DNA of 64,000 nucleotides from Candidatus Multivorans sp. (GTDB lineage: Bacteria; Acidobacteriota; Thermoanaerobaculia; Multivoradales; Multivoraceae). This document shows positions 59,426-64,000 of the stretch, one piece after another. The notes beneath the pieces are model-generated. The model was not told the DNA's origin and searched no databases. It saw nothing but the letters and a program-made list of their open reading frames with translations. The stretch is from positions 4,256,001-4,320,000 of the forward strand of contig OZ245033.1 of NCBI GenBank assembly GCA_965224025.1, in the 5' to 3' direction. How positions within the stretch are numbered: the stretch's first letter is position 1; every line of letters begins with the position of its first letter. A program made the translations under genes and the position numbers.

Positions 59426-61167
59426 ACGGCCTCGAGCAGGAAGCCCAGCAGGTCGCCCTCCACGTAGTCGTTGTCGACCACGTTGACCAGGAAGTAGGTG
59501 TCGTGGATGCGCTGAAGCAGGCGCCGCGACTCGCTGTCCTCCTCGTAGACCGCCGCCCACGACGACAGCCACAGGTCGAAGGCCTCGTCCTTCCAGACCA
59601 CGAAGGACCCCGGATCGACGATCGTCGGCTGCCGGACCTCGCCACCCGGGAAGACACCCCAGGTCACCGCGTTGACCGTGTCGCTGTTGCTGATCGCGTT
59701 GCCGGAGCGGTCGATCGCGTGGTAGGTCAGGATCTCGTTGGCGTCCATGGCCGCCAACAGCGGCGGCACCTGCTCCGGCGCCACGAAGAACTCCAGGTAC
59801 GCCTTCTGGTACACGCGGCCGCCCGAGCCGCCCCAGCCCACGGCGGGATCGTCGGACGGTGCGCCGTCGACGCGCGGCTGGGAGTTGATCGTCAGCAGCC
59901 CCGCCCTGTTCAGCCGCACCAGCGCGTTCTTCAACGGTTCGCTCTCCAGGTCGAGCGGCCAGTCGTACCAGGGGATGCCGCCGACATCGCCGCGGCAGAA
60001 CCCCGCAAAGACTTCACGCACCTGATCGATCGAGCGCAGTTCGCGGCCCCAACGGTCACGCGCCACGTCCGGCTTCACGGGGCGAAACGCGAGGTGGTGG
60101 TCCGCCAGATCGCCGAACGCGGGCGAACCTGAATCACCCCAACGGCCGTTCGGGAACTCGTCCCAGTCCTGGGTGCGGGCGAGATAGCTCTTCGGCCGGT
60201 TGGCCCAGAAGATCGGCCGCACGTCCTCCTTGGGACGGCGGACCGCGGCGGCGCTGCGCCATGGCAGCACCCGCTCCGTGTGTTCGGGGACGATGCCCAG
60301 CCGGCGGAGGATCACCTGCACCGAGCGCTCGAGATTCAAGGTGTAGAAGTGCAGGCCGGGGGCGCCGCCGTCGATCAGGCGGCGGCAGATATCCGTCAGA
60401 ACATCCTGCCCGTACTCGCGGACCGATGCGTCGTGGAAACGGCGCGCCTCGATCTCCCGCGCAATCTCCGGCGGCGCGCTGGCGCCGAAACCGGTGATGC
60501 GCTGGAACGACTGGTAGCCGTTGATCGGCGCCAGCCCGGGAACGATCGGGCAGTCGATGCCGCGCTCGCGGCAACCCTCCACGAAGCGGAAATACAACTC
60601 CGGCTCGTAGAACATCTGCGTGATGACGAAGTCCGCGTCGGTCGCGACTTTCTCGGCCAGATGGTCGAGATCGCGCTCCCGGCTCGGAGCCTCCGGATGG
60701 CCTTCCGGATAGCCGCCGACACAGATTCCGAAGTGGTCCCCATGCTCTTCGCGGATGAACCGCACGAGGTCCGACGCATACGAAAAGCCGTCGGCGATGG
60801 GCGACCAGGAACCGCGGCCGCGGGGCGGATCGCCGCGCAGGGCCAGGATGTTGCCGATGCCGCGCTCGCGACAGTTCTCGAGCACCGCCGCGATCTTCCG
60901 GCGCGGCATGTTGGTGCAGGTCAGGTGCATCATCGTCTCGATGCCGAGCACGTTCTCGATCGTGCTCGCCAGTTCGAAGGTGAGCTCGGCGGTGCTGCCG
61001 CCGGCGCCCCAAGTCACGTCGACGAACGCCGGCTCCAGCCGCCCCATGCGCTCGATGCGCGCGTAGAGGTTCTCGATCCCCTTCTCCGTCTTCGGCGGGA
61101 AGTACTCGAACGAGTAGAACGGCAGCCCCTCGGAGGTCGCCGAGCGCAGTTTGTCGATCAGCTTCAT
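59377..61167 (-). CDS. metF: Methylenetetrahydrofolate reductase, eukaryote-type with C-terminal SAM-binding regulatory domain
   Basis: Catalytic SFEYFPPK, VTWGAGG, MHLTC, ALRGDPP, GYPEGH, ITQMFY, HFYTLN; regulatory EDVRPIFWANRPKSY, WDEFPNGRWGDS.SPAFG, TINSQP, YQKAYLEFF, NAVTWGVFPG, WKDEAF, LVNVVDND. Confidence 0.95.
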   Translation of the reverse strand: MKLIDKLRSATSEGLPFYSFEYFPPKTEKGIENLYARIERMGRLEPAFVDVTWGAGGSTAELTFELASTIENVLGIETMMHLTCTNMPRRKIAAVLENCRERGIGNILALRGDPPRGRGSWSPIADGFSYASDLVRFIREEHGDHFGICVGGYPEGHPEAPSRERDLDHLAEKVATDADFVITQMFYEPELYFRFVEGCRERGIDCPIVPGLAPINGYQSFQRITGFGASAPPEIAREIEARRFHDASVREYGQDVLTDICRRLIDGGAPGLHFYTLNLERSVQVILRRLGIVPEHTERVLPWRSAAAVRRPKEDVRPIFWANRPKSYLARTQDWDEFPNGRWGDSGSPAFGDLADHHLAFRPVKPDVARDRWGRELRSIDQVREVFAGFCRGDVGGIPWYDWPLDLESEPLKNALVRLNRAGLLTINSQPRVDGAPSDDPAVGWGGSGGRVYQKAYLEFFVAPEQVPPLLAAMDANEILTYHAIDRSGNAISNSDTVNAVTWGVFPGGEVRQPTIVDPGSFVVWKDEAFDLWLSSWAAVYEEDSESRRLLQRIHDTYFLVNVVDNDYVEGDLLGFLLEAVQADEPPSMTIVAPVT

Positions 61168-61198
61168 CGCAGACCGGATCCTACTTCCGGAAGGGGCG

Positions 61199-62110
61199 CT
61201 AGAACGGGACTTCGTCCTCCGCTTCCGCCCGCTCGCCAGCAAGCCGCTCCGCCTGCTGCACCAGCCCCGGCGCCTTCAGCCTCTCCGCCACGGCGGCCAG
61301 TTCCGGAGTTGGACCGCGCCACTTCAGTTCGTCGACGGCGCCGCTCACAGGCGCATCCCCCACCAGCGTGGCGAGCTCGCGGAACAGTTCCGCCGCCTCC
61401 CGCTCCTCCCGCAGCGTTGCCGCCAGCCGGTCCCGGCTCCGCACCTTGACCTTCCACTTCCAGGGCTCGTTCGGTATCTCCTCCAGGTGGACGTAGTGCG
61501 CCAGCACGGCCGCCGCCGACTTGGCGCCCCAGCCCCGCAGGCCCGGAAAGCCGTCGGCGCTGTCGCCGACCAGGGCGAGGTAGTCGGGGATCGACTCCGG
61601 TTCGACTCCGAACTTCTCCCGGATGCCGTCGGCGTCCCAGCGCACGCCGCGCCGCCGGTCGACCTGCACCACCCGGCCGCCCCGACCCGCGTCGACGCAC
61701 TGCGCCAGGTCCTTGTCGGGCGTGCAGATCTGGACCTCGACCACGCGCTCGTCGGCGGCCGCCATGGCAGCGCCGCTGGCCAACCCGTCATCCGCTTCGT
61801 GCTCCACCATCGGCCACACGGTGATGCCGACCGCGCTCAGGGCCTCTTCGAGCAGCGGGAACTGGGCCAGGAGTTCCGGGTCGATCCCCTCGCCGGTCTT
61901 GTAGCCGGGCCAGAGATCGTTGCGGAACGACTCGATCACGTGGTCCGTCGCCACGGCCATGTGGGTCGCGCCGTCGCGGAACATGCCGAGCAGCGAGAAG
62001 ACGACGCCGCGCACGGCGCCGACCTCGAGCCCATGATCGTTCCGGTAGCTCGGGGCGCCGAAGTGGTGCCGAAACAGTTCGTACGTGCCGTCGATCAGAT
62101 GGACGTACAT
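61199..62110 (-). CDS. 5'-3' exonuclease / flap endonuclease (stand-alone PolA N-terminal-like)
   Basis: HLIDGTYELFR, FRNDLWPGYK, EADD, DKDL, LVGDSADGFPG..GWG.K (H3TH). Confidence 0.93.
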   Translation of the reverse strand: MYVHLIDGTYELFRHHFGAPSYRNDHGLEVGAVRGVVFSLLGMFRDGATHMAVATDHVIESFRNDLWPGYKTGEGIDPELLAQFPLLEEALSAVGITVWPMVEHEADDGLASGAAMAAADERVVEVQICTPDKDLAQCVDAGRGGRVVQVDRRRGVRWDADGIREKFGVEPESIPDYLALVGDSADGFPGLRGWGAKSAAAVLAHYVHLEEIPNEPWKWKVKVRSRDRLAATLREEREAAELFRELATLVGDAPVSGAVDELKWRGPTPELAAVAERLKAPGLVQQAERLAGERAEAEDEVPF

Positions 62111-62158
62111 GCCGGGCTCGTGACGTAGGACATCGCGGGCAAGCTACCATCAGCCGCC

Positions 62159-63940
62159 ATGCTCTCTTCCCCGTCCGCGTTCCTGCTCGCCTTCGCGGTG
62201 GCCGCGGCGTTGCCCGCAACCGCCGCGAACCTGCCCGGCGACCCCCTGACCGGGTCCGGCGAGGTGGCGCGGACCCTGTTGCCGGCCGCTCAACTGCAAG
62301 GCGGCGAGTTGCCGTCGCCGATCGACAACTCGGCCTTCGCGCTGCCGGAGAATGCCGCGCCGCCGCGCCACGAGATGCAGGGAACGCTGCAACTCTTCGG
62401 AGGCGGCGCGTCGTCGTGGACCGTTCACCATGACTTCTACTCGCGGGCGCTGGAGCCGCCGATCACCTCCGCCTTGCGCCGCATCCCCCGGCTCGAAGTC
62501 GTTCTCACCCAGAGCGGCTCCCACCTGATTCCGGCGAACCGGGGGCTCCGCTTCACCGGCGATGCGTACTGGAACGCGATCGTCGGCGCGGGGCGGATCT
62601 GGAGCGAGCGCGGAGACGGCGGCAGAAGCCGGGCCTCGCTGCCGATCACCCTGGTCGAGCGCAACCAGAACTGCGCCTACCACGGCGTCGTTTCCTTCCT
62701 CTTCGACGGCAGCAGCACCACGCCCGCGGCCTTCCAGGTGACCCAGGAGACCTGCAAGTACTTCAAGTTCGACCTCTGGGACGCCGGCCCCACGCGCTTC
62801 GCGGCCGGCGGGGCGCCAGACGCCGGGGCGGTCGCAGCCGCTTACGCCGCCGAGACGGCAGCCCGGATACCGGTGCGGCCGATCGACCGGATCCGGGGCG
62901 ACTACCCGCGGTCCCAGGTCTACCCGCAGTCGTTCAGCGGCGGCATGGACCGCGAACACCTGACCGCGTTCGGCGTCGCCTTCGACGGCGTCCACTATGC
63001 CGGTCCCGTCCGCACCCGTCACGGCGACTATCCCTACCCGGACCAGATCCGCCTGCCGTCCTACTCCACCGCCAAGACCGCCTTCGCCGCGGTGGCCCTG
63101 ATGCGGCTGGCCCAGATGCACGGCGAGGATGTGGCCAGGCTGCCGCTCCGGGACTACCTGCCGAAGCCACCCAGGGACCGCTGGCAGGGCGTGACCTTGG
63201 AGCACCTGCTGGACATGGCGACGGGCCACTACTGGGATCCCGCCGACCAGGAGGACGAGAAGGACACGACCACCGAGCTGAACTTCTTCGTCGTCGAGAA
63301 CCAGAATCGCAAACTCCGGGGTTCCACGGCTTACACCACCAAGGAGCCGCCCGGCCGGCGCTGGGTGTACCACCCGACCGACACGTACCTGCTGACGTAC
63401 GCGATGACGGAGTACGTCGAGCGCCTGACCGGCGCCACGAAGAAGGAACCCGCCGACCTGCTGGGATTCGTCGCCGACGAGGTCTACAGGCCCCTCGGCC
63501 TGTCGGCCGGCGCGCTCCAGGCGGTGCGCACCGACAACCGGGCCGACGGCCGACCCTTCGGCGGCTACGGCATGTTCTGGACGCCGGACGACATCCTCAA
63601 GATCGCCAACCTGCTGAACGTCCAGCGCGGCCGGATCGGCGACCGGCAGGCGCTCCATCCCGACCTGCTGGCGGCAGCCATGCAGGAGAACGAGGACGAC
63701 CGCGGCCTCGACGCCGTCCACCAGACCAAACCGAACAAGTACAACAACTCTGTCTGGTCGCGCCAGATCGAGGTGACCTCCGGCGCCACCGGCACCGAGC
63801 AGATCTGGGTGCGCCAGATGCTGGGCTACGGCGGCATCGGCGTCTTGATGCTGCCAAACGGAGCGGTCTTCTACTACTTCGGAGACGGTGACGACCACGA
63901 GTGGCTGCGCTCGGCGCGGGAGGCGTACAAGCTGAAATGA
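62159..63940 (+). CDS. Secreted serine hydrolase (beta-lactamase/AmpC-like fold)
   Basis: Signal peptide; SYSTAK (SxxK), TLEHLLDMATG, PG.RWVY, GYGG; extra N-terminal domain. Confidence 0.8.
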   Translation: MLSSPSAFLLAFAVAAALPATAANLPGDPLTGSGEVARTLLPAAQLQGGELPSPIDNSAFALPENAAPPRHEMQGTLQLFGGGASSWTVHHDFYSRALEPPITSALRRIPRLEVVLTQSGSHLIPANRGLRFTGDAYWNAIVGAGRIWSERGDGGRSRASLPITLVERNQNCAYHGVVSFLFDGSSTTPAAFQVTQETCKYFKFDLWDAGPTRFAAGGAPDAGAVAAAYAAETAARIPVRPIDRIRGDYPRSQVYPQSFSGGMDREHLTAFGVAFDGVHYAGPVRTRHGDYPYPDQIRLPSYSTAKTAFAAVALMRLAQMHGEDVARLPLRDYLPKPPRDRWQGVTLEHLLDMATGHYWDPADQEDEKDTTTELNFFVVENQNRKLRGSTAYTTKEPPGRRWVYHPTDTYLLTYAMTEYVERLTGATKKEPADLLGFVADEVYRPLGLSAGALQAVRTDNRADGRPFGGYGMFWTPDDILKIANLLNVQRGRIGDRQALHPDLLAAAMQENEDDRGLDAVHQTKPNKYNNSVWSRQIEVTSGATGTEQIWVRQMLGYGGIGVLMLPNGAVFYYFGDGDDHEWLRSAREAYKLK

Positions 63941-64000
63941 CGGATCGGGTACCCGAGACAGCGACAAACAGCGGACCGTTCGCCGGCTTCCGGGTGATCG

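Noticed and set aside
61168-61198. SAM riboswitch upstream of metF
   Set aside because: The gap is only 31 nt and shows no riboswitch consensus.
62159-63940. True beta-lactamase
   Set aside because: SxxK fold only; the size and extra N-terminal domain fit a generic serine hydrolase.

Overview
GC-rich bacterial chromosomal segment. The gene repertoire (signal-peptide TldD pair, tandem DUF3604, CarboxypepD_reg repeat protein, NatB-CAAX fusion, GC-rich REP-like hairpins) is compatible with an Acidobacteriota-like, possibly host-associated organism; this is inference only. Core blocks: APH-family kinase, NatAB-type ABC exporter, ispG, histidine utilisation (hutI / hutF-hutU-hutH), a Mo-bisPGD oxidoreductase operon, a CoA-transferase III, an SDR, metF, a 5'-3' exonuclease and a serine hydrolase. 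Two accessory regions interrupt them. The first (about 8-22.6 kb) holds an XRE-ImmA/PIN pair, a dead vapBC beside a duplicated ispG fragment, and a duplicated 'LtaS/sulfatase-like + GT-C' cassette whose unrelated enzymes share one C-terminal double module. The second (about 36-49 kb) holds a decayed TldD pair, an IS1182-like element, ISL3 nested in IS256, a second ISL3 and a Cys-rich secreted phospholipase A2-like gene. Most notable: a full two-domain eukaryote-type MTHFR with the C-terminal SAM-regulatory domain, the shared-module envelope-modification cassette, and a modular multi-hairpin repeat family with compensatory changes, one copy of which is in frame in a protein N-terminus. No rRNA, tRNA or CRISPR array was seen. 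All family calls come from motif recognition by eye, not database searches.
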